DNA from: a virus
Direction: 5' to 3' (one strand)
Virus record (IMG/VR): IMGVR_UViG_3300021964_007043
DNA length: 64,000 nucleotides
Shown here piece by piece: positions 1 to 9,811 of the stretch (position 1 is the stretch's first letter; each line of letters begins with the position of its first letter). A model generated the notes under the pieces. That model was not told the origin of the DNA. It made no database searches and saw nothing but the letters and a program-made list of their open reading frames with translations. The translations under genes were made by a program, and so were the position numbers.

Positions 1-3000
1 GGAGTTACATACATTGTATCTTGATCAACAATGTTAGAAATAACATGTGTCATACCTTTGATGATGATCCTATCGCCGGCTTTTAGCTGATCTCTAAATC
101 TTGTATTTGTACCTCTTACTTGGCTATCGTCTACAGTCATAGCAATAGTACCTGCTACTTGTTTTGTACCAGTACGCTGTACTACGCTTAGTTGTGTTCC
201 GTCGTATTCCCAAAAAATTCCGTTTTGATCGTCAAAAATACCAGAACGTACTGTAGCACCATGCCAACTAACGACACTCATTTGTGCTGCAAATCCTAGT
301 ACTGCACTTGTTGCTCCTAGTCTACGCTGTGCTTCAACTTCAAAAGTTCTTTCGTCAACTACTCTAGTAACTGTATAATCAAACTTCGGTTCGTGATAGC
401 TTTCTGTACCGCTATTGTAACCTTCAGTTTCAACGCCAATCAATCTAATAACGCCGCCAGCTTGTACACCGTGGTCATTATCGTCTGTAACTATAGTAAT
501 AGTTGATCCTACTTCTACTCCGTCTGATGTTACACTACGCAAATCATAACTTGGTGCAAATAGCGCACCAGTTGTATACATAATACCTTTACCAGACTGG
601 TAACGAATATAGTTTTTACTTTGACGTATTGCTTGCGAACCGTGTTGTGGACCGCCTGTACCAAGCTGTACACCTCCATCATATGGTCTATGTGTAAAGA
701 ATGCATCTGGTCTTGGATATACTACTCCGTCTAATTTTATTGTAGCAGCATCTATATTTCCTGCTGCTCTTGCTTGGAATGTAAGAGAATCATCTGTTGG
801 AATATCCGTTGCAATGAATGAACCAGCTGCTAGGTTATGATTGTTAGCACCATCATCTGATGTAACTGTTGTAATAAATGTATCTCCAGGTACAAGTCCG
901 TGATTATTTGGAAAAGTTACATTTAATGTAGCTAATGCACTAAATGTTATTTCTTCTAATGGAAGTATATCACCTGTGGTAGCCTCTGACATTGTTACAG
1001 TAGCAATGAAGTTTGCTGATTCTCCTGTTACTGCTGCTTCGTAGTTTTCTGTTACTGTAAGTATTTCACCACCTGTGTCAACACTTGCTACTACGATTTC
1101 TAAATCATGTAATGGAGATTGTCCACCAAGGAGGTCTCCTGTAATAATCATTCTATTGCCGTTGGTATACAGTGTACCTTGGTCAATAACAGTTACAGAA
1201 TATGCACTTGCTGATCTAACAACATCAAATGTTGCACCGTCTCCTTCAGGTAACTCGTTAGTACCTCCAACTGAAGTTACACTACCTGTATCTGTTATAG
1301 CTGTACCAGCTATAGTTGCTCCTGTAATAGTTCCACTAGCATCTACTGTACTAACTGTAATAGTTGCATCGTTTGTAGGTGTAGTGCCTCCTAAAGATGT
1401 ACCTTCTATAACAAAAGTTTGGTTTGTTGCGTAATCAAAACCACCATCATCAATAGTTACAGAATATACTCCAGCTGCAATATCTATTGTAAATATAGCC
1501 CCTGTACCTGACAAGTTTGTGCCTGAAACAGCTAACTTTGTATCTGTGTTAGCTGCTGTACCTGAAACACTAACTGCAGATATTTCGCCAGATCCGCCGA
1601 CATTATCAACTGTAATAATACAATCGTTAGTTGTTGTTACACCACCTAAGTTTGCACCGTCAATAGTAAATGTTTCTGTAGGCAAATAGTTTGAACCTGC
1701 AACATCAATAGAAGCACTATACACAGTACCGTTTCTAGTTACAGTAAACTCTGCACCCGAACCAGTTGTTCCGCTATATACGTATGTAATATCAACGTTA
1801 TCAACACCATAGTTTACACTTGCATTCGGTGCTGTACCTGTTACTGTTGCAGCAGTAATACCTCCTGATCCGTCAACTGTTGTTACTTTAACTGTTGCAT
1901 CATTTGTTCCTGATGAGCCTCCAAGAAAGTTATTACCATCAATAACAATAACATCATTTGCAGTATATGATTCGCCCGATGTATCTATAGTAACACTACC
2001 ATATGTATTATCAGTATATGTAACATCAAATATTGAACCAAAACCTAATCCACCTTCAACAGGAGGTTGTTCTCCTGGTAAATTACCAGTTCCATCAAAT
2101 GCTGTACCTGTTGCTGTAAGTGCATTAATAGAACCTAAGCTAAATATTCCGTCAACTGTAATAATAATATCATTATCGGGACTAAACCCGCCTACATCGC
2201 TACCTAATATGCGTATTTTATCCCCAACCTCGTATGCTTCACCTGCGTCATTTATGCCTGCGCCAACTGCTACAGTATATGTACCTCCGGTCCATGATAC
2301 ATCAAACTTTGCATTAAAACCAACGCCAGTTTCTGGAGCTGCTGATACACCGCTATAGGTAACAGTAGTACCTGAAATATCTCTTGTGAAGTTATCACTT
2401 ATTGTAATATCTTCACCTATAATGTTTGTTATAAATGCTGCAACACCGTCACCTCTATCAATAGCTAAATCTGTGATAATACCTGTTGCATCTGTAACTG
2501 TAAATGTATTCGAACCATTAGAAATATCTTGTGCAATACCTGCTGTTAAATATGTACCGCCGCCTGACGATTGTGTAATAGATTGAGTAACCTGAGAACC
2601 TGTTGGGATATTTCCGCCAGCATGTACTAGTGGAGCACCTAGTTCTGGGGTGTTTCCATCATATGGTATTCTTGTTTCACCTGTTGGAACAGTTAGTTCT
2701 GCAACCATCGTTCCGCTAAAACCATTACTTTCAACAGTAAACACAGGGTTTGAACTTATATTTGAACCAGTATAAAATCCTGCTGCGCGAAGCTGAGTAT
2801 ATGTTGTACTAAGTACTTCGCCGCTTGTTGTGCCTACTTTTGCTTTTGCATAATATCTAAAGGATCGTGTACTAGGTGTTTCAACAATTACAAAACTACC
2901 TTCTGCTCTTGATGCTCCCGCTACACTATTTTCTAGTGCTTTGATTGTTATAGGCTTGCCTGGAGTAAATCCATGTGGTGAAACAGTGTTCACTGTTACT

Positions 3001-4061
3001 AAACTTTGACCTACTCCGCCTGTACCTGCTGATGCATCAGTAGTTACAGATGATACATTTAGTTCAGATCCTGGGACTTCATAAATACTAGGATAGCCGC
3101 GCATCATACCGATAGCAGACCATTTGGTAGGCTGTAGTCCGTACTCAAAGTCAGCGTCAAGCATTGATAGTGCAGGTGCAACACGCATACGTTCAATAGC
3201 ATCTGTACCAAAGTCGTACGGTCTAGTTACAGTTAAACTTTTTCCGTTTTCTGTGTATTCAACAAATATTTGTAAATCATCATCTGCAGATTGCGAAGCA
3301 GTGCTTGCATTTAGCTTTAGAGTTGTAACGCCGTCTGTTGTTTGTAGGTACTTTGGAAAGTCAACGTCTTGTGAGTTATCTACAGTCTGTGCGTCTTTGA
3401 CTTCAATAACTGCACCAGTGTCGTTGTTAGTAAAGTTGAATATAACGTCATTGGTTGTATTGTTAGTAATAAGAAGTATATCAGAAAGATTATACTTTCC
3501 TTGCATCTTAACATAACCAAATGTATTAGGATCAAGTGTTGGAAGCTGTCCTAATCCGTTTTCTATAACATCAACTAAAAATGTTGAAAGCGTAGTTATT
3601 GTAGTAGATGCACTTGCTTCTGCTGTTTTTGTTGTATCAATAACTTGGGTTTCGTCGCTTAAACTTGTAAATGCCGTATTTGTTAGAATATAGTTATTGA
3701 TAAGATTTTTAATGTAAGTATGAGTTACTACCTCGGGCTGTCTATCACCGTCTAACTGAGATACAGAACCTTCCCAATACTTTTGGGCATATAATCTTGT
3801 TTTTTCGTTGCCGCCATAGCGTAGATCATTCTTGTAACTACTTAGTATAAAACCAATATCTCTTTCGCACTTGGATTGGTTGTAAGTGTACCCTATAAAC
3901 GGTGCATTATCTGCATCTATTTCTTGCTGTATCCATGATATTGCTTCTGCAATAATATAGTTTGTATTACTGTCTATAAGTGAATACGCATTAGGAACAA
4001 GATTGTCTTTGTAGGACATTCCTGGACTAAAAACATAATTATCTATTTTTCTTTTTGCCAT
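1..4061 (-). CDS. Large virion structural / fibre-like protein (>1350 aa, runs off the left edge; absent from the ORF track)
   Basis: ATG at 4061 directly after TAATAA; translates MAKRKIDNYVFSPGMSYKDNL...; the frame read at the left edge gives ...GMTHVISNIVDQDTMYVT. Thr/Gly/Val-rich with internal repeats. Confidence 0.85.
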   Translation of the reverse strand, partial: MAKRKIDNYVFSPGMSYKDNLVPNAYSLIDSNTNYIIAEAISWIQQEIDADNAPFIGYTYNQSKCERDIGFILSSYKNDLRYGGNEKTRLYAQKYWEGSVSQLDGDRQPEVVTHTYIKNLINNYILTNTAFTSLSDETQVIDTTKTAEASASTTITTLSTFLVDVIENGLGQLPTLDPNTFGYVKMQGKYNLSDILLITNNTTNDVIFNFTNNDTGAVIEVKDAQTVDNSQDVDFPKYLQTTDGVTTLKLNASTASQSADDDLQIFVEYTENGKSLTVTRPYDFGTDAIERMRVAPALSMLDADFEYGLQPTKWSAIGMMRGYPSIYEVPGSELNVSSVTTDASAGTGGVGQSLVTVNTVSPHGFTPGKPITIKALENSVAGASRAEGSFVIVETPSTRSFRYYAKAKVGTTSGEVLSTTYTQLRAAGFYTGSNISSNPVFTVESNGFSGTMVAELTVPTGETRIPYDGNTPELGAPLVHAGGNIPTGSQVTQSITQSSGGGTYLTAGIAQDISNGSNTFTVTDATGIITDLAIDRGDGVAAFITNIIGEDITISDNFTRDISGTTVTYSGVSAAPETGVGFNAKFDVSWTGGTYTVAVGAGINDAGEAYEVGDKIRILGSDVGGFSPDNDIIITVDGIFSLGSINALTATGTAFDGTGNLPGEQPPVEGGLGFGSIFDVTYTDNTYGSVTIDTSGESYTANDVIVIDGNNFLGGSSGTNDATVKVTTVDGSGGITAATVTGTAPNASVNYGVDNVDITYVYSGTTGSGAEFTVTRNGTVYSASIDVAGSNYLPTETFTIDGANLGGVTTTNDCIITVDNVGGSGEISAVSVSGTAANTDTKLAVSGTNLSGTGAIFTIDIAAGVYSVTIDDGGFDYATNQTFVIEGTSLGGTTPTNDATITVSTVDASGTITGATIAGTAITDTGSVTSVGGTNELPEGDGATFDVVRSASAYSVTVIDQGTLYTNGNRMIITGDLLGGQSPLHDLEIVVASVDTGGEILTVTENYEAAVTGESANFIATVTMSEATTGDILPLEEITFSALATLNVTFPNNHGLVPGDTFITTVTSDDGANNHNLAAGSFIATDIPTDDSLTFQARAAGNIDAATIKLDGVVYPRPDAFFTHRPYDGGVQLGTGGPQHGSQAIRQSKNYIRYQSGKGIMYTTGALFAPSYDLRSVTSDGVEVGSTITIVTDDNDHGVQAGGVIRLIGVETEGYNSGTESYHEPKFDYTVTRVVDERTFEVEAQRRLGATSAVLGFAAQMSVVSWHGATVRSGIFDDQNGIFWEYDGTQLSVVQRTGTKQVAGTIAMTVDDSQVRGTNTRFRDQLKAGDRIIIKGMTHVISNIVDQDTMYVT
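1030..2340 (-). repeat. Five degenerate ~95-aa repeats in the fibre-like protein
   Basis: Recurrent pattern G-A/S-x-F-x-V...Y...G-x-x-Y...I-x-G-x-x-LGG-x-x-x-x-(N/H)D-x-x-I-x-V, e.g. GANLGGVTTTNDCIITV, GTSLGGTTPTNDATITV, GDLLGGQSPLHDLEIVV. Boundaries approximate. Confidence 0.7.
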
Positions 4062-4064
4062 TTA

Positions 4065-4958
4065 TTAACTTCCAAGTGCTATTGTTAATGCAATATCTTG
4101 CTGATCTACATATGCTTTGTTTGTTACATTATTTACCGTAGTTGGAACTTCTGTGACATCAGCATTGGTAAATGTTGCTGTTGTTGGTGTTGCAGATCCT
4201 ATCACAGTATTATCTATTGTTGTATTTGCTATCGGTGTTTCTATACCTTCGCTAGTTATCTCTCCTAGCTTATTGCCATTAATAACTATAATAACCTTGT
4301 TAACTGCTCCAAGTGTAAGATTAGAAGCACTATCAAACTTTACATCGCCAGTGCTATCTAAAATTAAACTTCCGCCTAGATATAAATCTTTGGCAATGCT
4401 TGCGCCGCCGGATACTTGTAGAGAACCTGTTCCAATACCTGTTGATTGCGTTGTATTTGTAACTGATAGACCACCAAACACGCCAGTAGGATTAACTACC
4501 TCAAACTGTCCTGTAACATCACCCGAATCGTCTTTATATATTAACGGATTTGTTGTGGAACTTGTAATAGTTATTTGTATTAGACCAGTTTTTTTACCTT
4601 GTGCTAATAACCCTGTGTTTCCTTGATCATCTAAAATATTTTGATAAGGTGTAGAACCATCCGATTCATATATAAATAGTTCTAGATCTTCAAGTTGTAA
4701 ATCAAAGGTATAAGTTGTTCCTCTTTGTAACTGTATTGTTGGATTTGGAGAATCATTACCAGTAAACAAAAACGCTGTGTTGCTTAAATTTTCTGTTACA
4801 ATAAAGTTTGAAATACCCGAACTTCCATCAGCTCCACTGCCAATGGGTTCTGTGGTACTAATGCTATTTGCAATAATATTACCAAGCGCATCTACACTGA
4901 AACTAGGACTTTTAAATCCATAATCTGACTCAAATGCTGTATTGGCGGCTTTCTTCAT
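4065..4958 (-). CDS. Virion structural protein with beta-strand repeats and a C-terminal hydrophobic helix (IALTIALGS)
   Basis: ORF track 4065..4970; start moved to ATG 4958 (GGAG 6 nt upstream, late promoter at 4976-4983). Confidence 0.75.
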   Translation of the reverse strand: MKKAANTAFESDYGFKSPSFSVDALGNIIANSISTTEPIGSGADGSSGISNFIVTENLSNTAFLFTGNDSPNPTIQLQRGTTYTFDLQLEDLELFIYESDGSTPYQNILDDQGNTGLLAQGKKTGLIQITITSSTTNPLIYKDDSGDVTGQFEVVNPTGVFGGLSVTNTTQSTGIGTGSLQVSGGASIAKDLYLGGSLILDSTGDVKFDSASNLTLGAVNKVIIVINGNKLGEITSEGIETPIANTTIDNTVIGSATPTTATFTNADVTEVPTTVNNVTNKAYVDQQDIALTIALGS

Positions 4959-5000
4959 CTCATACTCCAACTATTGTATTTATCAGAATCAAATACTTAC

Positions 5001-5396
5001 TTAGAGTTGATGAAGATTGTGAAAGTATTGTGCTGTGTGAATAAATCTCGATGCTTTAAATGCATCGTTTTTAGGGTTAATGTAAAGTTCTACATATTGA
5101 TTGTTTACTAAAGCATAAACTTCAGCAAGGCTATTGTTTGTATAGTTACGAGCAAACACTACTACTTTTGCTTCGTTTAAACTGCTCGTAACTAAACATT
5201 TAAAGATTTCTTTGTTATCAGAGTTTAAATCAATACTAATAGTATATTCTGCAGAACTTATATCTCCAATATAATATCTATCAACTAGAGTATCACTCTG
5301 CAAATTTTTCCAAGGACCGTTATGACTAAACCCTCCGTTGTTTTTTACAAGAAGTGTGTCATTTAATCCATTAGTTAAATAGTCATCAATATTCAT
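5001..5396 (-). CDS. Hypothetical late protein, 131 aa
   Basis: ORF with GGAG RBS and its own ATAAATAC promoter at 5417-5424. Confidence 0.75.
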   Translation of the reverse strand: MNIDDYLTNGLNDTLLVKNNGGFSHNGPWKNLQSDTLVDRYYIGDISSAEYTISIDLNSDNKEIFKCLVTSSLNEAKVVVFARNYTNNSLAEVYALVNNQYVELYINPKNDAFKASRFIHTAQYFHNLHQL

Positions 5397-5420
5397 CTCA
5401 ACTCCGAACTTACAGAGTAT

Positions 5421-7214
5421 TTATGCGTTTTTGATTGACAACAACTTACCATATTCTGGAAGATAACAGTATTCAATATCACTTTGCTGTAGTGTCCAAA
5501 ATGCATCTTCTAGTGTTTCTACTAATGGTTCACCGCCTAAGTTAAAGCTAGTATTAAAGATAATCGGACAGCCTGTCTTTTCTTTAAAGGCTTTAATCAA
5601 ATCATAATAGTTTGCATTTTGTTCTCTATTAACAGTTTGTATACGACAAGTACCGTCTACATGAATAATAGCAGGAATCTTTTCTTCAATGCCTGGCTGA
5701 CAGTTTACAGCATACATCATTGTAGGTGAGCTTTCCATACCACGTAAATCAAACCATTCGTGTACATCTTCTTCAAGGATACTACCAGCAAACGGACGGA
5801 AGTATTCTCTGCGTTTTACAGTATTAACAAAATCTTTTCCATCTGGATCTGTTGGATCATAAAGTATACTTCTGTTACCAAGTGCTCTAGGTCCTGATTC
5901 TGATCCTCCTTGGAATACACTTACAATGTTTTTACTAGTGATTAAATCAACTACATCTTCATTTGTAGCATCTGTTACTGTTGCTCCGTATTCTTGTGCT
6001 AATGATTCAATCTCGTCTATTTCATAAGTATAAGGAATACCTAAATATAAGTTATGGTTAATACCTTTATTTTCAGTGCTTTCAGACAAATGGTAATATG
6101 TCATTAGTGCACCACCTATAGCTGTGCCTGCATCATTACTAACAGGTTCTACATATATGTTAATATCTTCGTCTTTGAGTGCTTCTAAGTAATGATAGTT
6201 AGCAACACAGTTTAATCCATAGCCGCCTGAAATAACAACATTCTTTTTACCACTCATTGCAACAGCCTGACGAATATATTCTACAACCTGATCTTGTGAT
6301 TGTGTCTGGACAGCATATGCTAGATCTCTGCGATTTTGTAACTTAGTTAAGTCACTTGCTAAACCGTCTTTTAGTTCATCATATTGTTGAAAGTTTACTA
6401 GTGCAGAGTTAGGATACGTTGGTATAATAACATTTCTATTACTTAATCTAACACGACCGCCTTTTTCAAACAACGGTGGAATATTTTCGTTAGGTTCACC
6501 GTACGGAAATAGTCCCATAGTTTTACCTGCTTCAATAGCAGGAAATCCACAAAACTCAGTAACAGCTTCATACACTTTAACAATACCTGCTCTATCATGT
6601 ATAACGCTTTCGTATTCTTCTCCAAAAGTTTCTACATTATCTATTTGAGTACGAACTCCGCCATTTTTAAGTCCTATACTTTTAAATAAAGTAGCAAAGT
6701 TTGCAGGATAAGAACAGTCGAATAAACTTTCAACTTCAAATCCGTATGCATGTTCATTCTCATTTATTTGCATTGGAATAAAAGTACCGGCGCCATCAAC
6801 AATAACGGCTACTGCTTCGTCAAATCCAGATCTATAAAAAGCACAAGCAGCATGTAGTCTATGATGCATGTGGCTTAGATCCATTACTTGTGGGTGATTT
6901 CTTAAATCTACATTCTTTCTTTCTATAAGGCCTAACTTTCTTGCCCAACCAGTATACATGTCATCGCCTGAGAAATCAATAATACCTGCTGTATCTTTTA
7001 AACTTTGCGTGTGAGCAACAACTATATAATCAAGTTTATCTGTATATTCTTTAATTTTAAGCATACTAGCTAGTGGTCCGCCATCATACTTGTACCGAGA
7101 ATAACGTTCTTCTTCAGTAGCAAATATAACTTCGCCGTTTTTTAATAAACAGACACCTCCATTATGTCCTCTTGTAATACCTGCAATCCAAATGTCTTTA
7201 TTTTCTTCGCTCAT
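5421..7214 (-). CDS. O-carbamoyltransferase, NodU/CmcH/TobZ family
   Basis: Family motifs EEERYSRYK, HHRLHAACAF, DGAG, GKTMGLFPYG, GGYGLNCVAN, DAGTAIG, GPRALGNRSIL, KRREYFRPFA, HVDGTCRIQTV, NTSFNLGGEP. Confidence 0.95.
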   Translation of the reverse strand: MSEENKDIWIAGITRGHNGGVCLLKNGEVIFATEEERYSRYKYDGGPLASMLKIKEYTDKLDYIVVAHTQSLKDTAGIIDFSGDDMYTGWARKLGLIERKNVDLRNHPQVMDLSHMHHRLHAACAFYRSGFDEAVAVIVDGAGTFIPMQINENEHAYGFEVESLFDCSYPANFATLFKSIGLKNGGVRTQIDNVETFGEEYESVIHDRAGIVKVYEAVTEFCGFPAIEAGKTMGLFPYGEPNENIPPLFEKGGRVRLSNRNVIIPTYPNSALVNFQQYDELKDGLASDLTKLQNRRDLAYAVQTQSQDQVVEYIRQAVAMSGKKNVVISGGYGLNCVANYHYLEALKDEDINIYVEPVSNDAGTAIGGALMTYYHLSESTENKGINHNLYLGIPYTYEIDEIESLAQEYGATVTDATNEDVVDLITSKNIVSVFQGGSESGPRALGNRSILYDPTDPDGKDFVNTVKRREYFRPFAGSILEEDVHEWFDLRGMESSPTMMYAVNCQPGIEEKIPAIIHVDGTCRIQTVNREQNANYYDLIKAFKEKTGCPIIFNTSFNLGGEPLVETLEDAFWTLQQSDIEYCYLPEYGKLLSIKNA

Positions 7215-7216
7215 TT

Positions 7217-8260
7217 TTATTCCTTAATAGGTGATAAACCAGGCACCAGCTTAGGTGCTGTATTGTTTGTTTTGTTAGTAAGTTCAGAAACTTTCTTTTT
7301 TACTGTAGTTTCTTTTTTTACATATTTTTCAAAGTTTTTTATTAAGTTTTTAATAATCTCGTCTTCAATGGGACCATTCATAGCCATTATACCATCGTTG
7401 TTTTTTGCAACAACTTCGTCTGGTACTATTCTAATAGGATCATATTTTCTTTTACTTTCTCCCATGTCTTGAATATCAAACTTTTCATCATCTAAAAAAC
7501 TAACATTTTCAGCAAAAGTGCTACCAGTTACTACTGTAGCAGGTTTATTTAAACTGTGTGCAATATGTTGTCCCACACTATCGCAGCCTAAGAAATAGTC
7601 TGCTTCGGCAATAATAGCTGCCCACTGCTTTAAACCTATTCCACTTGGCTGTGCAACAGGTTTCGGCGTTCCTTCTTTTTGGAAGTCTAAGTTTAGTTCA
7701 CTCATTAAAATAACTGCAAACTCTTTTTCTTGTAACTTCTTCACAATGCTTATTATATTTGCATATTCAAAACTTCTTCCACTTGGATCTGTTAAAAACC
7801 CTGCGTGTTCTCCTATGCCTCTTCCAAATGGTTGGAATACGATAGTTTTATTAAAACCTACATTATCTAATACCTCTTTAATGCATGCTTTACCATTTAC
7901 TTTTTCTTCTTGTGTTAAATGTATAAAAGGTCTTGGAAGATCTCTTATACCTTTACCGTTTATTTCTATATCAAAACCTTGTTGTAGGTTACATTTTTGA
8001 TTGTAGTACTCCCACACTCTGTATGGTTCTGGAGTTACTACATCCATATTTTTAATTTTGTCTTGGAATATTCCTTTATGCCAAACATCATATGCACGTT
8101 CATGTAGTATTGGATGACCTTTATAGAGGTCCATTCCGCCTTCTGCTACAATAATAAAGTCTTGGCTAGTTTCTTCATAATACTTTTCTAATGCTGGAAT
8201 ACTAGCAAGCACCCTGCCTGCACCTCCATTAATAAAAAAGGCTTTTGCTCTATCTGTCAT
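7217..8260 (-). CDS. GT-B glycosyltransferase, GT9 (ADP-heptose heptosyltransferase)-like
   Basis: N-terminal GGAGR loop followed by SIPALE; C-terminal ADYFLGCDSVGQHIAHSLNKPATVVTGST matches the GT9 pattern DS-x-x-x-H-x-A...P...G-x-T. Confidence 0.75.
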   Translation of the reverse strand: MTDRAKAFFINGGAGRVLASIPALEKYYEETSQDFIIVAEGGMDLYKGHPILHERAYDVWHKGIFQDKIKNMDVVTPEPYRVWEYYNQKCNLQQGFDIEINGKGIRDLPRPFIHLTQEEKVNGKACIKEVLDNVGFNKTIVFQPFGRGIGEHAGFLTDPSGRSFEYANIISIVKKLQEKEFAVILMSELNLDFQKEGTPKPVAQPSGIGLKQWAAIIAEADYFLGCDSVGQHIAHSLNKPATVVTGSTFAENVSFLDDEKFDIQDMGESKRKYDPIRIVPDEVVAKNNDGIMAMNGPIEDEIIKNLIKNFEKYVKKETTVKKKVSELTNKTNNTAPKLVPGLSPIKE

Positions 8261-8262
8261 TT

Positions 8263-8850
8263 TTATGTTCCTGGTTGTAATACAAAGTTTAATACTATTC
8301 TTTTATCAGCTTTAAACGGGGGTGTGCTTGCATGAAATCTATTTGATTTAAACATTACAGCTCTTCCTTTCTTAGGACTAATGCCTGCTATAGTATATAA
8401 GTCTTTGTGTCCTTCGTCAAGTGTTTTGTGAAATATTTTAGTATCACCGTCTGCATTGTTTACATAATAAACCATGCTAATATAATCGTCGCTTGGAGAA
8501 TCAACATGAGGAATATTATAGTTATCTAAGTTTGATCTACCTGGCATTAAAAGATTTGCTTTTACACGTACAATATTTTTAATACTCATTTGCATTTCTT
8601 TTTCTAAAAACCAAACTACTGGTTGTATTAGAGAAGCATACGGAGATATTGGTTCATTTTCTTCAATAAAAACATGTTGCATTTGGGGAGAATCAAAAAT
8701 ATTTTTGTCATCGGGATCTACAGCAACATCTCCTGAAGCACTTGGATACCAATACCAATGTATTTTAGAAAGTTCAGCTTCTAAAAGATCTGCATAGGAT
8801 TTAGGTAAAAGATTTGGTAATATACGATATTCATCTCTTGGATCTTCCAT
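8263..8850 (-). CDS. 2OG-Fe(II) oxygenase superfamily protein
   Basis: HVD...FHAS facial triad, YYVNNADGDT and PKKGRAVMF strands, terminal RIVLNF Arg. Confidence 0.85.
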   Translation of the reverse strand: MEDPRDEYRILPNLLPKSYADLLEAELSKIHWYWYPSASGDVAVDPDDKNIFDSPQMQHVFIEENEPISPYASLIQPVVWFLEKEMQMSIKNIVRVKANLLMPGRSNLDNYNIPHVDSPSDDYISMVYYVNNADGDTKIFHKTLDEGHKDLYTIAGISPKKGRAVMFKSNRFHASTPPFKADKRIVLNFVLQPGT

Positions 8851-8884
8851 GCAAATATTTATATACGCACTTTAATCCAGCCAT

Positions 8885-8916
8885 AAAAAAAGGCTTCTAG
8901 AAATGAAGCCTTTTTT
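8885..8916. terminator. Intrinsic terminator (bidirectional)
   Basis: aaaaaaaggcttc-tagaaat-gaagcctttttt; inverted repeat flanked by A and T tracts, just after the 8924 stop. Confidence 0.85.
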
Positions 8917-8923
8917 ATCTATT

Positions 8924-9799
8924 TTATTCTGTTGGAGCGTCTTCGTCTGGTAGTTCACCTGCTTCAGTTTGCTGGCTATCTGTGTTAGGAAATGCTTCGC
9001 TTTCTGATGCTGGAGTAGGTTCGTTATTTTCTGGCTGATAGTTAGTTTCAGCACCCGCACCTTCTGAGCCATCAGCTGCTGAATCCCAACGTTCTGCTTC
9101 TGGTACATCAGTGTCTTCTTCCATATTAGGATCCCAATCTGGTGTAGGAGGACAAGGTGGCCACATCCAATAAGGAACATTTGCTCCGTCTGGACCATAT
9201 TTTGCTACAATACCTTCTGCTGTAGTTTTAGCTGCTGTCATTGTTGTTTTTTGATCAGCTGTTAAACCACTGTTAGAGTCAGCAATATGTTTTTCAATAT
9301 CTGCTATGTATGCAGCTATATATCCTTCAACATCGTCCTGTGTTTGTTTAGGTGTTTGCATAGGATAAGGTTGTTTCCAAGTGCTGCTATCAAACAAATA
9401 TACAAAAGAAGGATAATCATAAATCAGTTGTGGTGGTAAAGGATCAGGGTGTCTATAATAAGGCTCAGTTTCTCCGTCAAGTGTGAACGTTTTTTCTCCT
9501 AAAGAATCCCAATCAAGATCGCCATACATTGCCCAACAAATCAAAGGATTTTGATCGAAATGAACAAGTATTGGTTTATGATATTGTCCTGCATGAGTTA
9601 TTGCTATTTCTTGCATTCCTTCGTCAAAGTTAATAAGTGCATGCATACTCCAGTCCAGTTTTCCTGAAACTTTATCAACAAATACCCATATTTCATTAGG
9701 TCCTGTATAGGTAAGAGTGTTAGTTTTACCTTCTGTTGTTGCAGTACTTAGGTAACTATCTGGAACATTGTATGTAAAATCTTCTGTTATAATTTCCAT
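8924..9799 (-). CDS. Hypothetical protein, possible fibre/adhesin assembly chaperone (Pro-rich, acidic tail)
   Basis: 291-aa ORF, last gene of the late unit that holds the Cys-rich paralogs; function inferred from position only. Confidence 0.6.
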   Translation of the reverse strand: MEIITEDFTYNVPDSYLSTATTEGKTNTLTYTGPNEIWVFVDKVSGKLDWSMHALINFDEGMQEIAITHAGQYHKPILVHFDQNPLICWAMYGDLDWDSLGEKTFTLDGETEPYYRHPDPLPPQLIYDYPSFVYLFDSSTWKQPYPMQTPKQTQDDVEGYIAAYIADIEKHIADSNSGLTADQKTTMTAAKTTAEGIVAKYGPDGANVPYWMWPPCPPTPDWDPNMEEDTDVPEAERWDSAADGSEGAGAETNYQPENNEPTPASESEAFPNTDSQQTEAGELPDEDAPTE

Positions 9800-9811
9800 T
9801 TTATTTTTACC

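Noticed and set aside
1075-4626. Plus-strand ORFs at 1075, 2386, 3124 and 4117 (and similar short antisense ORFs throughout)
   Set aside because: They overlap long minus-strand genes with clear motifs and matching promoter orientation; no independent signals.
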